64,000 nucleotides of DNA from Candidatus Krumholzibacteriota bacterium. Lineage in GTDB: Bacteria; Krumholzibacteriota; Krumholzibacteriia; JAJRXK01. How positions within the stretch are numbered: position 1 is the stretch's first letter; each line of letters opens with the position of its first letter. The translations under genes were made by a program, and so were the position numbers. Shown piece after piece: positions 10,059 through 20,708 of the stretch. A model generated the notes under the pieces. The model searched no databases. It was not told where the DNA came from and was given only the letters and a program-made list of their open reading frames with translations. Where the stretch lies: the NCBI GenBank assembly GCA_963727455.1, contig CAVSGG010000005.1, positions 320,001 to 384,000 on the forward strand, read 5' to 3'.

Positions 10059-11435
10059 CTAGGCGTTCCCGACGCCCTCATTGCGGACACCAACCAGCAG
10101 CCAGCGCCGGGCCAGGATCAGGCCGAAGGGACTGATGAGTGCGGTGACGCCATAGATTAACCAGAGAGCTCCGGGGTCCTGGGGACCGTTCATGGGAACG
10201 TAGCGGTCCAGCATCGTACCCGCGTAGAGCCCCGTGACCGTCTTCGCCAAGAACCAGGGGATCCCCGCGATTCCCATGTAGATTCCCACTCGATTGCCCG
10301 GCGCGAGGTCCGCCACGTACTCCAAGAAGCGTGACGACCACATCGCCTCGCCCAGGCTCCAGATGATCATGTAGCCGATCAAGAGGAACACGCTGGGGCT
10401 GGGTACCAGAATGAAGCACGAGAGTGCGCTCACCAAAGTCCCCGCGATCATCATGTCGACGACCTTTTTCTTCTGCGTCAGGGCGGCGATGAGGGGGACT
10501 CCGATCACGATGACCGTGGGATTGATGGCGTAGACCCACTCCCAGTAGCGGCTGATCTCGGCGGGGAATGCCCGGGTCACGTAGTCGGGCATGGTGAGAA
10601 ATTGGTGCGCGAAGAGGGTACGAACCGGCAAGAGCACGAAGATAAAGAACATGAATCGCTTGTCGAGAATGGGAAGCCGCCGCAGCTTCTGCAACATGTT
10701 CAGTTGATCGCCCGACGAGTCCTCCTCGACGACGCGGACGCGATCCCGGTCCTCCACTTTCTTGGTGAAGAAGACGATGTTGATGAGAATGACGATCGCG
10801 GTAATGCCGATGAAGAACCAGAACGAACCCGAGATCCCCGCAGTGGGCACGACGTTGACGTCAACGTGTTCGACACGTGCGGCCCACACCTGCCGTACCT
10901 TGGGGGACAGCATCTCGCCCGCGACGATCCCCAGGTTCATGATGGAGTAGAGGAAGGCGTAACCGAGCGTGGCGGTGCGAGCATCGGTATAGTCTTTGAC
11001 CCCCGAATAGAGCGCGGGCTGGAGGATCCCTTCTCCGATTGCCATGATGATCAGGGCCACCCACGCGGCGGAGTGAACCATGACCTCCCCGGCGAACAGA
11101 GGGCTCTGAACCAGCAGGATCCTCCCCAGGAGCACCACGACCATCGAGAGGGTCAACGCGCGCCTGACACCCAGGCGGTCCGAGAGCCATCCGCCGCCCA
11201 GGGCCATGGTGAGGGTCACCAGGCCCGAGAACACCGAAATGCTCATCGTGGCGTGATTCGTGCTGAAACCGACGTTGCGCTGCATGAACAGCGTCATGAG
11301 CCCCAGCATGCCGAAGTAGGCGATTCCGTCGCCGAAATTGACGGAATTCACCAGCCAGAAACCCTTGGAGGCGCCGAATAGAATGCGGATGGACTCGCGG
11401 AGGGCTGGTTTCTCTGGGGAGCTGGTATCAGTCAC
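10059..11435 (-). CDS. MFS transporter (POT/peptide transporter-like)
   Basis: GGWLSDRLG motif A, FLYSIMNLG, INPTVIV, SLGEAM; about 12 TM helices; start moved to GTG at 11435. Confidence 0.8.
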   Translation of the reverse strand: MTDTSSPEKPALRESIRILFGASKGFWLVNSVNFGDGIAYFGMLGLMTLFMQRNVGFSTNHATMSISVFSGLVTLTMALGGGWLSDRLGVRRALTLSMVVVLLGRILLVQSPLFAGEVMVHSAAWVALIIMAIGEGILQPALYSGVKDYTDARTATLGYAFLYSIMNLGIVAGEMLSPKVRQVWAARVEHVDVNVVPTAGISGSFWFFIGITAIVILINIVFFTKKVEDRDRVRVVEEDSSGDQLNMLQKLRRLPILDKRFMFFIFVLLPVRTLFAHQFLTMPDYVTRAFPAEISRYWEWVYAINPTVIVIGVPLIAALTQKKKVVDMMIAGTLVSALSCFILVPSPSVFLLIGYMIIWSLGEAMWSSRFLEYVADLAPGNRVGIYMGIAGIPWFLAKTVTGLYAGTMLDRYVPMNGPQDPGALWLIYGVTALISPFGLILARRWLLVGVRNEGVGNA

Positions 11436-11750
11436 GGAAAAGAGCCCACGCTCGCTGGGGAAGGAACTGGTATTGCCTCGGGGGGGCGCGAACCGGGGGA
11501 AAATAGCATCCGCCGCAGAATGGGGAAAGGGGAGAAAGCCCCTTTTTTCGCTCTCCATCGCGACGAAAGATTTGCCAGAACGCGACCTTTGCACTAAAAA
11601 TGAAAGTATAGACGGCGAGATTCAGGCCGCTGCCAGCGGCTCGCCCCACCCCGCGCAGTTCAGAACCAGCTCACAAGCTCCCAGAGCCCAGTGACGCCAT
11701 GGCGCGCGCGAGGTCCCTCCAGAAAGAAGATCTGAATAGGTCTGCCCCGT

Positions 11751-12926
11751 ATGAGTAGCGAGAAAAACGGTAATACCCGCCGGCGCCGCAAAAGGTCGCC
11801 ACGGAAAGAAGCCAACGGTAACGTGGCCGTGGCCGATGGCCAGCAGCCGGCAGGGCAACAAAAGAATTCGAAGAACGGTTCGCAGCGCCGTAAGGGAATG
11901 AACGCATTCCGACCCCGTCACCAGAGACGGAGCGGGGGCGAGGTGGAAAACGACACCTCGAGGCGGCGCCACAACGGAAACGGACGGCGGAACGGCCGCT
12001 CCAACCGCGACCGCAGCCGCAACCGTGAAGAGCAGCTGCGCCGCATTTTCTCCCAACTGCAACGCGGAACGAGTATCGACCCGCACGAGCGTTTCAATCT
12101 CGAACGAGCCGATGGAGCCTTCACCCCGCGAGTGATCGATCTGGTCGCACCCATCGGAAGAGGGCAACGCTGTCTCATCGTGGCTCCTCCCAAAGCGGGG
12201 AAGACCACGCTTCTGATGGAGATCTGCAAGTCGATCGAGGTGAACCACCCCGCAGTGAAGGTTTTCGCGCTTCTGGTGGACGAGAGACCCGAAGAAGTCA
12301 CGCATTTCTCCCGTTCGACGCACGCCGAGGTCATCGCCTCCTCCAGTGACCGGATTGCCGACGAACATGTCAAAGTGGTGGAGGAGGGGATCCAGCGCGT
12401 TCTCGAACCCGTTCTGGAGGGCCAGGACGTCGTCCTGATGCTCGACTCGATCACTCGCTTGGCCCGCGCTTACAATACGGCGCGGGGCGACTCGGGACGG
12501 ACCCTGACCGGTGGACTGGATGCCAACGCGATGCAGACACCGCGGCGTCTTTTCGGGGCCGCGCGCAACATCGAGGACGGAGGCAGTCTCACGATACTGG
12601 GCACGGCTCTGGTGGAGACCGGGTCGCGCATGGACGAGGTCATCTTCCAGGAGTTCAAGGGAACCGGGAACAGCGAGATCGTCCTGTCCCGTCAGCTCTT
12701 CGAAAAGAGAATCTTCCCTGCCATCGACATCGGAAAATCGGGGACGCGCAAGGAGGAGAAGCTCCATCCTCCCGAGTATCTCGAGCACATCCGAAAGATG
12801 CGCCGGGTCCTCAGCGACATGCCCCCCGACCGCGCCATGGACGGACTCTTGAAGCTCATGGCCAAGTGCCCCACGAACAAAGAGCTACTGGACGCCCTTC
12901 CTACTTCCTCGAATCAGCATCAATAG
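11751..12926 (+). CDS. rho: transcription termination factor Rho, atypical short form lacking the OB-fold RNA-binding domain
   Basis: PIGRGQR, Walker [52 protein letters not shown]; the N-terminal ~95 aa are Arg/Asn/Gly low complexity. Confidence 0.9.
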   Translation: MSSEKNGNTRRRRKRSPRKEANGNVAVADGQQPAGQQKNSKNGSQRRKGMNAFRPRHQRRSGGEVENDTSRRRHNGNGRRNGRSNRDRSRNREEQLRRIFSQLQRGTSIDPHERFNLERADGAFTPRVIDLVAPIGRGQRCLIVAPPKAGKTTLLMEICKSIEVNHPAVKVFALLVDERPEEVTHFSRSTHAEVIASSSDRIADEHVKVVEEGIQRVLEPVLEGQDVVLMLDSITRLARAYNTARGDSGRTLTGGLDANAMQTPRRLFGAARNIEDGGSLTILGTALVETGSRMDEVIFQEFKGTGNSEIVLSRQLFEKRIFPAIDIGKSGTRKEEKLHPPEYLEHIRKMRRVLSDMPPDRAMDGLLKLMAKCPTNKELLDALPTSSNQHQ

Positions 12927-15529
12927 GCGGCCGAGCTCTTCGCAGCGACGCGATCCAGGGCAGCAAGGGCGCTCTCCACGATTGCCTGCTCATCCACTTG
13001 GAAGAAGCGGCGCAGGTTCTCGCGCGTGTCGCTCCGTCCGAAGCCATCGGTGCCCAGGATCGTGAAGTCCGCGTCGATCCAGCGGCCGGCCAACTCGGGT
13101 ACCGCGCGCAGATAGTCGGTACTGGCAATGAGCGGAGTGTCCTCCGCTCCGAAGAGCTGTTTGACCCAGGGCGATGAGTCGCGGGGCGAACCGTCGTTTT
13201 CCCACTCGATGGCTTCGCGCCGCAACTCGGTCCACGAGGTCACGCTGTACACGTCCGCCGCCACCGAGTGTTTCTTCTCGAGTACCTCGGCCGCACTCAG
13301 AGCTGCGCGCAGGATGGGACCGCTTCCGGCCAGCCGCACCTTGCGCTTGCTCTTTTTCGCGCTCTTGCGGAAGAGGTAGGCACCGCGAATGATACCCTCT
13401 TTGATCTCCTCGGGCATCGTGGGCATCCGGTAATTTTCGTTGTAGAGCGTGATGTAATAGAAGATCTCCTCACCATCTTGGTACATCCGCTTCAGTCCCT
13501 CTTCGATGACAGTTGCCGTCTCGTAATGCCAACACGGATCGTAGGCTCGACAGGAGGGTACAGTCGAAGCGAGAAGGTGACTGTGTCCGTCCTGGTGTTG
13601 GAGACCCTCCCCGTTGAGGGTGGTGCGTCCGGCGGTGCCTCCCAAGAGAAAGCCCTTGCCGCGCGCGTCCGCAAAGGCCCAGATGGAGTCTCCCGTCCGC
13701 TGGAATCCGAACATGCTGTAGAAGATGTAGAAGGGAATCATGGGCTGACGCAGGCTCGCGTAGGAGGTTCCGGCGGCGGTCAGGGAACCCACGCTTCCCG
13801 CTTCGTTGATCCCCTCCATGAGGAGCTGACCTCGCTCCGATTCGGAATAGCTGAGGAGAACCTCGGCATCGACCGGGGTGTATTTCTGCCCGATCGCCGA
13901 GTAGATCTTGAACTCGCGGAAGAGGCTCTCCATTCCGAAGGTGCGCGCCTCGTCGGGGATGATGGGCACGATCCTCTTTCCGAAGGCCTTGTCCTTCATG
14001 AGCTTCCTCAAGAGTCGAACGAAGGCCATGGTGGTGGAGGCCTCCACCTTCTCACCGGTGTCCTGCTTGAACTCGTCGTACAGATCGCTCTTGGGGAGTT
14101 CGATCTCTACCGGCACGACGCGCCGTAGAGGCAAGCAGCCACCTAGGCTCCGGCGTCTCTCCAGCATGTACTCGATCTCCGGACTCTTGGGCCCGGGATG
14201 GTAGAGTGGCGCGCTCGCGAGCTGATCATCGGGAATGGGAAGTTCGAGTCGGTCCCGGAATACCCTCAGCTCCTTCTCGCTCATCTCCTTCATCTGATGG
14301 GTCACGTTGCGTGACTCGATGCCCTCGCCAAGGGTCCATCCCTTGACGGTCTTGGCGAGCACGCAGCTCGGCACTCCGGCCTGTTCGGTAGCGACCGTGT
14401 AGGCCGCGTAGAGCTTGCGGTAGTCGTGACCGCCGCGGCGCAGCCTCTGAATCTGCTCGTCGCTCAGATGCTCCACCAGCTTCAGCAGTCTGGGGTCGCC
14501 CCCGAAGAACTCCTCGCGGATCTTCCCGCCGTCCATGGTGGTGTACCGCTGCCAATCACCGTCCAGGGTCTCCATCATCTTCTTCACGAGCACGCCATCG
14601 ATGTCCCGGTGGAGCAGCTCGTCCCACTCTCGCCCCCAGATCACTTTGAAGACGTTCCAGCCGGCCCCCCGGAAGCGGGCCTCCAGCTCCTGGATGATCT
14701 TCCCGTTTCCACGCACCGGCCCGTCCAGGCGCTGCAGATTGCAGTTCACCACGAAGGTCAGGTTGTCCAGACCCTCCCTCGCCGCGAGAGAAAGCGCGCC
14801 CAGGGCTTCCGGTTCGTCCGTCTCCCCGTCGCCCAGGAAGGCCCACACCCGGCTATTGGAGGTGTCAGCCATCCCTCGCTGGTGCATGTACTTGAGAAAG
14901 CGCGCCTGATACACCGCGTTCAAAGGGCCCAGTCCCATCGAGACGGTGGGAAACTCCCAGAACTCGGGCATGAGCCGAGGATGGGGATACGAAGACAGTC
15001 CGGGGCTCAGCGCCTCGCGGCGAAAACGGTGCAGAAGTTCCTCACTGAGCCTTCCTTCCAGGAACGCGCGCGCGTAGATCCCTGGCGCGGCGTGACCCTG
15101 GTAGTAGATGAAATCACCCAGCTGCTCGCCGTCCTTGCCGCGAAAAAAGTGATTGAATCCCACCTCGTAAAGACTGGCGGCGCTGGCATAGGTGGAGAGA
15201 TGCCCCCCGAGTCCGTGAAATTTCCGGTTCGCATGCGTCACCATCGCAGCCGCGTTCCAGCGGATCAGCCGGCGGATTCTGCGTTCCATGTTCTCGTCGC
15301 CAGGGAAGGGTGGCTCCTGCTCCGGGCTGATGCTGTTGATGTAGCGAGTGCTCACCGTTTGCGGAAGACCCAAGTGAAGCAGCCGCGCCCGTTTTAGAAT
15401 TTTGTAGAGCAGGAACTGCGCGCGGAGTTTGCCCGATACTTCCGCGACGGAATCGAGGGCCTCGATCCACTCGGAAGTCTCTTCGGGGTCGAGATCGGGG
15501 AGTTGCTGCTTGAATTGATCAAAGACCAT
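12920..15529 (-). CDS. aceE: pyruvate dehydrogenase E1, homodimeric type
   Basis: DPEETSEW, QGHAAPGIYARAFLEGRL, FPTVSMGLGP, TPP motif GDGETDEPE...NCNLQRLDGPV, GEGLQHQDG, LGTDGFGRSD. Confidence 0.97.
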   Translation of the reverse strand: MVFDQFKQQLPDLDPEETSEWIEALDSVAEVSGKLRAQFLLYKILKRARLLHLGLPQTVSTRYINSISPEQEPPFPGDENMERRIRRLIRWNAAAMVTHANRKFHGLGGHLSTYASAASLYEVGFNHFFRGKDGEQLGDFIYYQGHAAPGIYARAFLEGRLSEELLHRFRREALSPGLSSYPHPRLMPEFWEFPTVSMGLGPLNAVYQARFLKYMHQRGMADTSNSRVWAFLGDGETDEPEALGALSLAAREGLDNLTFVVNCNLQRLDGPVRGNGKIIQELEARFRGAGWNVFKVIWGREWDELLHRDIDGVLVKKMMETLDGDWQRYTTMDGGKIREEFFGGDPRLLKLVEHLSDEQIQRLRRGGHDYRKLYAAYTVATEQAGVPSCVLAKTVKGWTLGEGIESRNVTHQMKEMSEKELRVFRDRLELPIPDDQLASAPLYHPGPKSPEIEYMLERRRSLGGCLPLRRVVPVEIELPKSDLYDEFKQDTGEKVEASTTMAFVRLLRKLMKDKAFGKRIVPIIPDEARTFGMESLFREFKIYSAIGQKYTPVDAEVLLSYSESERGQLLMEGINEAGSVGSLTAAGTSYASLRQPMIPFYIFYSMFGFQRTGDSIWAFADARGKGFLLGGTAGRTTLNGEGLQHQDGHSHLLASTVPSCRAYDPCWHYETATVIEEGLKRMYQDGEEIFYYITLYNENYRMPTMPEEIKEGIIRGAYLFRKSAKKSKRKVRLAGSGPILRAALSAAEVLEKKHSVAADVYSVTSWTELRREAIEWENDGSPRDSSPWVKQLFGAEDTPLIASTDYLRAVPELAGRWIDADFTILGTDGFGRSDTRENLRRFFQVDEQAIVESALAALDRVAAKSSAAY

Positions 15530-15799
15530 GAGATCTCACTTCCATCTCGGACTCATGCACCTGCGCCGGTTCGAAGCTTTCACGCGGGAACTCGATCAGT
15601 CTGCTGGGGTGAAAGAAGCGCTTGGATTCCGTATGCCGTAGGCATTACTTCTAGCAAAAGCTGCTGCTTGCGGCCAGCGATCGTGCTAGCTTACTCCCCG
15701 GCCAGAATAGGGAGCGATCGCGATTTTCGACCCTGAGGTTCCCTCGGATTCTTCCAGAATATTAAATTCGTAGTTCGTTTTATGACAAGGAGTTGAGGG

Positions 15800-16582
15800 A
15801 TGAAGATCCTGTGTTGCGTGAAGCAAGTGCCCGAGAAGGATGCCCGTGTGCGGATCGCCTCGGACGGCGCTTGGATCGTGGAGGACGGACTCGCCTACGC
15901 GCTCAGCGAATGCGATCGGTACGGCGTGGAAGCCGCACTCCGACTGAAGGAGAGCGGAGGGGGAGAGGTCGCGGTGCTGTCTCTGGGGGGTGAGCGGGCC
16001 TCCAAGGGGATCAAAGAGGCTCTGGCGATGGGCTGCGACCGGGCCATCCACGTGCAGAGCGAGGAGTTCGCCAGGGCCGACGCGATCACCATCGCACGGG
16101 TAATTGCAGCCGCAGTGCGCGAGGAGAACTTCGACTTGGTACTGGCCGGGGTGCAATCGGACGATCTGGGCTACAACGCGGTGGGCCCGGCGCTGGCGGA
16201 GTTCCTCGATGCGCGTCACGCCCAGATCGTGCTGAGCATGGAACCCGTCGACGACGGCGCGCTGAAAATCACGCACGAACTCGACAACAACCTCATCGAA
16301 ACCGCCGAAATCAAATTGCCGGCGGTCCTCGGGGTGCAGAGTGGCATTCTCGACGTCCGCTACGCTTCGCTGAAGGGGATCATGGGCGCTGCTTCCAAGC
16401 CGCAGAAGAAACTCACGGTGGACGATCTGAACCTCGAGCAGGAAAGCATCGTTTCCAAAGTAGAGATCGAGAGCCTGTCCTTGCCCCTGAAGACGAGCCA
16501 GGCGGAGATGATCGAGGGTGATCCGGCGACCATGGCGAGCACCCTCCTGAAGAAACTCAAGACCGAGGCCAAAGTTCTCTAG
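15800..16582 (+). CDS. etfB: electron transfer flavoprotein beta subunit
   Basis: MKILCCVKQVP, ALAMGCDRA, AGVQSDD, RYASLKGIM; GGAG-type RBS upstream. Confidence 0.95.
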   Translation: MKILCCVKQVPEKDARVRIASDGAWIVEDGLAYALSECDRYGVEAALRLKESGGGEVAVLSLGGERASKGIKEALAMGCDRAIHVQSEEFARADAITIARVIAAAVREENFDLVLAGVQSDDLGYNAVGPALAEFLDARHAQIVLSMEPVDDGALKITHELDNNLIETAEIKLPAVLGVQSGILDVRYASLKGIMGAASKPQKKLTVDDLNLEQESIVSKVEIESLSLPLKTSQAEMIEGDPATMASTLLKKLKTEAKVL

Positions 16583-16595
16583 GGAGGATGGAAGA

Positions 16596-17573
16596 ATGGC
16601 GAAGCAGATTCTAGTCATCGCCGAGGTACGTGATGGCGCGTTGAAGCCCATCACCAAGGAAGCTCTCGCTGCCGCACTGTACGTGGCGGACGAACCTTCG
16701 GATGTAAGGGCAGTATTGTTGGGAGAGGGCATCGAGAACCTGGCGCAGGAGCTGAGCGCGTTTGCTCCAGGTGGCGTGCTGTATCTGGAGGATCCAGGTC
16801 TGAAGACCTACACTCCAGAAGCCTACGTCTGTGTGCTGAAGAACTTGGTGCAGGAGAGCTCGGCCAAGTACGTCTTTATCGGACATTCCTATCAGGCCAT
16901 CGATTTCTTTCCGCGATTGGCCGCCACTCTCGACGCCGCCTTCATCCCCGACTGCACCGGAATCGAGAGCGACGAGAACGGCCTAGTCTTCAGCCGCAAG
17001 GTGTTCAACGGCAAGCTCAACGCGAGTTGCCGCGTGCGCTCCGAAGGGACCGTACTCACCAGTCTCCAGCAGGGGGCGTTTCCGGCGGGCGAGGCGCCAG
17101 GCGGGGGAAGCGTGGAAAAGCGCGGCGTCGATCTGAGTGGAGTCGAGGCCCGCAAGGTACTATCGATCGAAGCCGGGGAGACCGGAGAGGTGGATCTGTC
17201 CGAGGCTGACATCATCGTGGCCGGGGGGCGTGGGGTCGGGGACAAGGACAAGTTCGAGGTGGTCTTCCAACTCGCGAAGGCCCTTGGCGGCGCAGTGGGC
17301 GCGTCCCGTCCACCCTGTGATAGCTCCTGGGTCGAGCCCTTCCGGCAGATCGGCTCGTCCGGTCAGGTGGTGGCGCCCAAACTCTACATTGCCCTGGGCA
17401 TCTCCGGCGCCATCCAGCATTTGGTGGGGATGCGTGGCTCGCAGTGTATCGTGGCCGTCAACAAGGATCCGAACGCTGCGATCTTCCAGGAGGCCAGCTA
17501 CGGGCTGGTGGGAGATCTTCACGAGATCGTACCGGCTCTCATCGAGGCCGTGAACGAGGCGCGGGAAGCATAG
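16596..17573 (+). CDS. etfA: electron transfer flavoprotein alpha subunit
   Basis: [50 protein letters not shown]. Confidence 0.95.
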   Translation: MAKQILVIAEVRDGALKPITKEALAAALYVADEPSDVRAVLLGEGIENLAQELSAFAPGGVLYLEDPGLKTYTPEAYVCVLKNLVQESSAKYVFIGHSYQAIDFFPRLAATLDAAFIPDCTGIESDENGLVFSRKVFNGKLNASCRVRSEGTVLTSLQQGAFPAGEAPGGGSVEKRGVDLSGVEARKVLSIEAGETGEVDLSEADIIVAGGRGVGDKDKFEVVFQLAKALGGAVGASRPPCDSSWVEPFRQIGSSGQVVAPKLYIALGISGAIQHLVGMRGSQCIVAVNKDPNAAIFQEASYGLVGDLHEIVPALIEAVNEAREA

Positions 17574-17576
17574 CAC

Positions 17577-18845
17577 TTGTCGCAGCTGACAAACTCTCCG
17601 GAGATCGAGTTGGGAACCTCGCGACGGGTCAGCGCCGTGGCGGGTCTTTCGGCGCTCTACGGTCTGCGTTTGTTGGGCATGTACCTGGTGCTCCCCGTGC
17701 TCAGCCTCTATGCCGCGAACCTGCGCGGCGAAACCGCTCTTCTCATCGGCATGAGTCTGGGGATCTACGGATTTTCTCAGGCTCTTTTTCAGATCCCCTT
17801 CGGAATCTGGAGTGATCGTTACGGCAGGCGCCGAATCATCGCGGCGGGCCTCTTGCTCTTTGCGATCGGGAGTGCCGTCGCGGCGCAGACCCACTCCATT
17901 TACGGCCTCATTCTGGGGCGCTTTCTCCAGGGTTCGGGCGCAGTGGCTTCGGCGCTGGTAGCGCTCATGGCCGATCTCAGCGGTCCGCGCTACCGCGCGC
18001 GAGCCATGGGGGCCGTCGGGGTTTCGGTGGGCATTGCTTTCGCGACGGGAATGGTGTTCGGACCCACTGTCTACGAGCGTCTGGGGGCTCCGGCGATATT
18101 TTGGCTCACGGCCGCGCTCTCCCTCCTGGGAATTTTCTACGTCGGGATCGCCGTTCCCAAGGGTCGCGCCTGGGAACACGATCACGAGATGGAGTGGACG
18201 AGAGGCCAGACCACAACCCTCCTGCACCATCCCACGCTTCTGCGACTCGACGCGGGCATTCTCGTGCTTCACCTCTTGGTGACCGCAGCCTTTGTCGTGG
18301 GCCCGACCTACCTCTCGCTCTACCGTCCGGTGGAGCAGCACGGCAGTATCTATGCACCCATCGTTTTGGCCGGCGTCGTCGTACTTGCGATCTCCGTTTT
18401 CATTTCCGATCGCTGGGGACGTTTGCGGGAGGCCATCGTGGTGGGGGGGCTGCTCCTCTTGGCCTCGACCGTGTTGTTGCTCTTCGCCACCCGCGGTCTC
18501 GGCTACTCCATCGCGGTCATCGCCTGCATGGTGGGTGGGATCGCGATCGCCGAGCCCGCGATGCCCGCCCTCCTCACGCGCCTCGTCTCCTCTGATCAGA
18601 GGGGAACCGCCGCGGGCATCTTCCACACTTCACAGTTCATGGGCTCGTTCTTGGGGGGGATGCTCGGCGGCGCTATGCTGCGCCATCCCAAACTCATCGG
18701 TTTCATTCTGGTCGCCATCGCGAGTAGCTGGGCCATCGTCAGCGTGGGTCTTCTCACCAAGAGGGACAGGGCTACGAGTGCCAGTCCCTCCGCTCCTGCC
18801 AGCGAGCATGCAGAAAAAAGGCGAGAGGCGCGAGGGCGAGGGTGA
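17577..18845 (+). CDS. MFS transporter (YajR-like)
   Basis: LRLLGMYLVLPV, QIPFG.WSDRYGRR, GRFLQGSGAV, SQFMGSFLGG. Confidence 0.85.
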   Translation: MSQLTNSPEIELGTSRRVSAVAGLSALYGLRLLGMYLVLPVLSLYAANLRGETALLIGMSLGIYGFSQALFQIPFGIWSDRYGRRRIIAAGLLLFAIGSAVAAQTHSIYGLILGRFLQGSGAVASALVALMADLSGPRYRARAMGAVGVSVGIAFATGMVFGPTVYERLGAPAIFWLTAALSLLGIFYVGIAVPKGRAWEHDHEMEWTRGQTTTLLHHPTLLRLDAGILVLHLLVTAAFVVGPTYLSLYRPVEQHGSIYAPIVLAGVVVLAISVFISDRWGRLREAIVVGGLLLLASTVLLLFATRGLGYSIAVIACMVGGIAIAEPAMPALLTRLVSSDQRGTAAGIFHTSQFMGSFLGGMLGGAMLRHPKLIGFILVAIASSWAIVSVGLLTKRDRATSASPSAPASEHAEKRREARGRG

Positions 18846-19734
18846 GAATCCAGCCCGCGAGCGCGTCCACCCCGTAATGGAATCCGCCGTAGACCGTGCC
18901 AACGGTCAAGGCGGGGACGAGCGCCGCGAGGAACCAGCTTGCCTTCTTGCTGCGCGCCTTGAGAACCACGATCCAACAGATTGCGGCCACGGCACAGTGC
19001 GAACTGGGGAAGGCCGTTCCCACCGAAGAGCCCGAGTGCAGAATGGAATGTACAAGCGGGGGGAAAAAGGGTCCCATGAGATGGGGATCGGGCTCGGGGA
19101 AGTGATGGAAGGGACCGGCCACGGGAAAGCCTACGAACACGAGTTGACAGGCCACGAAGACGAGAACCAGGGCAGTGAGATACTCCTCGACATCCGACCA
19201 GCGCCCCTTTGCGGCGAAGGCCACGAGCGGAGTGGGTATGATCAGGTAGTAGCTCAAGTACGCGAAATGCAGATATTCGGACAGCCACAGGTATGGCAGG
19301 CGTTGGTGAAGGATGAGAGGTAGCACCTGCCCATGGAAGAGCGCGCGTTCCAGAGTCAGAATCGAGGAGTCGAAATAGCGCGAGGCGAAGAACATGTCGT
19401 TCAGTTCGCGCGCCTCGGTATAGAGCAGGGGGATGAAAAGCAAAGGTAGAATGCGGCGTGCTAGCGCCAAGGTTCTGCTCGGAATCCGAGGCGGCGACCA
19501 GCGCAGGCTGAAGATCACAAGAGTGAGCGACAGGTTGACGAGGAACAAGCGCAACCAGTGGGCGACTCCCGCGTGAAAGAACGGGAGCAGCAGGACCGTC
19601 AAGAACAGGTAGGCGCACAGAATTGCCTCGGAGGGGCGCAGACCGCGACCGAACTGTTCCAGGCCCAGGCTCCGAACGGAAGGGCCCGGTAGCTCCTTCT
19701 CGACCTTTGACTGTGTGCGCTCCGTCACAGCCAT
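18772..19734 (-). CDS. PAP2_3/Aur1-like membrane phosphotransferase (putative ceramide phospho-headgroup synthase)
   Basis: Multi-TM; FPVAGP, AFPSSHCA and HYGVDALAG motifs; no K-x6-RP C1 motif seen; ATG at 19734 overlaps the upstream stop. Confidence 0.75.
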   Translation of the reverse strand: MAVTERTQSKVEKELPGPSVRSLGLEQFGRGLRPSEAILCAYLFLTVLLLPFFHAGVAHWLRLFLVNLSLTLVIFSLRWSPPRIPSRTLALARRILPLLFIPLLYTEARELNDMFFASRYFDSSILTLERALFHGQVLPLILHQRLPYLWLSEYLHFAYLSYYLIIPTPLVAFAAKGRWSDVEEYLTALVLVFVACQLVFVGFPVAGPFHHFPEPDPHLMGPFFPPLVHSILHSGSSVGTAFPSSHCAVAAICWIVVLKARSKKASWFLAALVPALTVGTVYGGFHYGVDALAGWILTLALAPLAFFLHARWQERRDWHS

Positions 19735-20699
19735 CCTTCCCCACGATACCAGCGCATCGTCGCCTCCATTCCCTCCAGGAGGGGAATCTGGGGCCGGTAA
19801 CCAAAGGCCGCTTCTGCCGCCTGGCTGCTGCAGCTGTAGGAGGGAGCGCAGAAGTCGCGCGCTTTCTCTCTGCCGAACATGGCCTGAACTCGCACGAGGC
19901 CGTGCACGGCGTCGTTCAAGGTTCCTGCTGCGAGGACCAGCCAATCGGGCAGAGTCACAACGAAGACGCGATGCGACGAGGCGTTCGCGAGAGCTTGGCC
20001 GATTTCCCGCCAGGTGTGGGGCGAACCATCCGTGAGAAAGTAAGTTCCCACGCCGCGCCTGTGCTCAGAGGCAGCCAAGAGGCCTGAAACGAGATCGTGC
20101 ACGTGGACCAGTGAGAGATGACGCTCGGCAGAGCCCACGCAAAAGGCAAAGCCACGCTCGGCCAGGCGGAAGAGGGAAAGGGTCGCGGTGTCTCTGGGGC
20201 CGTAGACTGCTGGGGGACGGATCACGGTCAAGTCCGGTCCGGAGAGGGCCGCCAGCGCCACTTCCGCTTCCAGCTTGGAACGGCCGTAGAGGCTGTGTGG
20301 ATGCGCATCGTCTCCCTCGCGGTAGATGGTCCCCTTCTCGCCACGACCCATGGTGGCGAGACTGGAGACGAAGATGAAGCGCCCCTCGGCTGGCGCGACC
20401 TTCGCGAAGCGGCGGTAGAGGGTGAGGGTGGCATCGATGTTCACGCGCCGGAAGATCTCCCACTGCGCCCCCTTGAGGACAGCCGCGACGTGAAAGACGC
20501 GGTCGACCCCATCGAGCGCCTGTGGGGGAATCTCGCCGTGCGCGAGCTCGCCGTGGTGGACCTGCACTTTCGAGGTGTCTAGAAAGCGGAGATTCGAACT
20601 GGCACGCACCAGCACCCGAACCTCCTCCTTTGCCCGCACAAGCGCATCCACGAGATGGCTTCCCACGAAACCGTTCGCGCCGGTTACCAGAACCGCCAT
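19725..20699 (-). CDS. NAD(P)-dependent epimerase/dehydratase family protein (putative 3-keto-ceramide reductase)
   Basis: Extended SDR: VTGANGFVG, VSSLA, YGRSK, RPPAVYGP; function inferred from operon context. Confidence 0.75.
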   Translation of the reverse strand: MAVLVTGANGFVGSHLVDALVRAKEEVRVLVRASSNLRFLDTSKVQVHHGELAHGEIPPQALDGVDRVFHVAAVLKGAQWEIFRRVNIDATLTLYRRFAKVAPAEGRFIFVSSLATMGRGEKGTIYREGDDAHPHSLYGRSKLEAEVALAALSGPDLTVIRPPAVYGPRDTATLSLFRLAERGFAFCVGSAERHLSLVHVHDLVSGLLAASEHRRGVGTYFLTDGSPHTWREIGQALANASSHRVFVVTLPDWLVLAAGTLNDAVHGLVRVQAMFGREKARDFCAPSYSCSSQAAEAAFGYRPQIPLLEGMEATMRWYRGEGWL

Positions 20700-20708
20700 G
20701 GCGGAACC

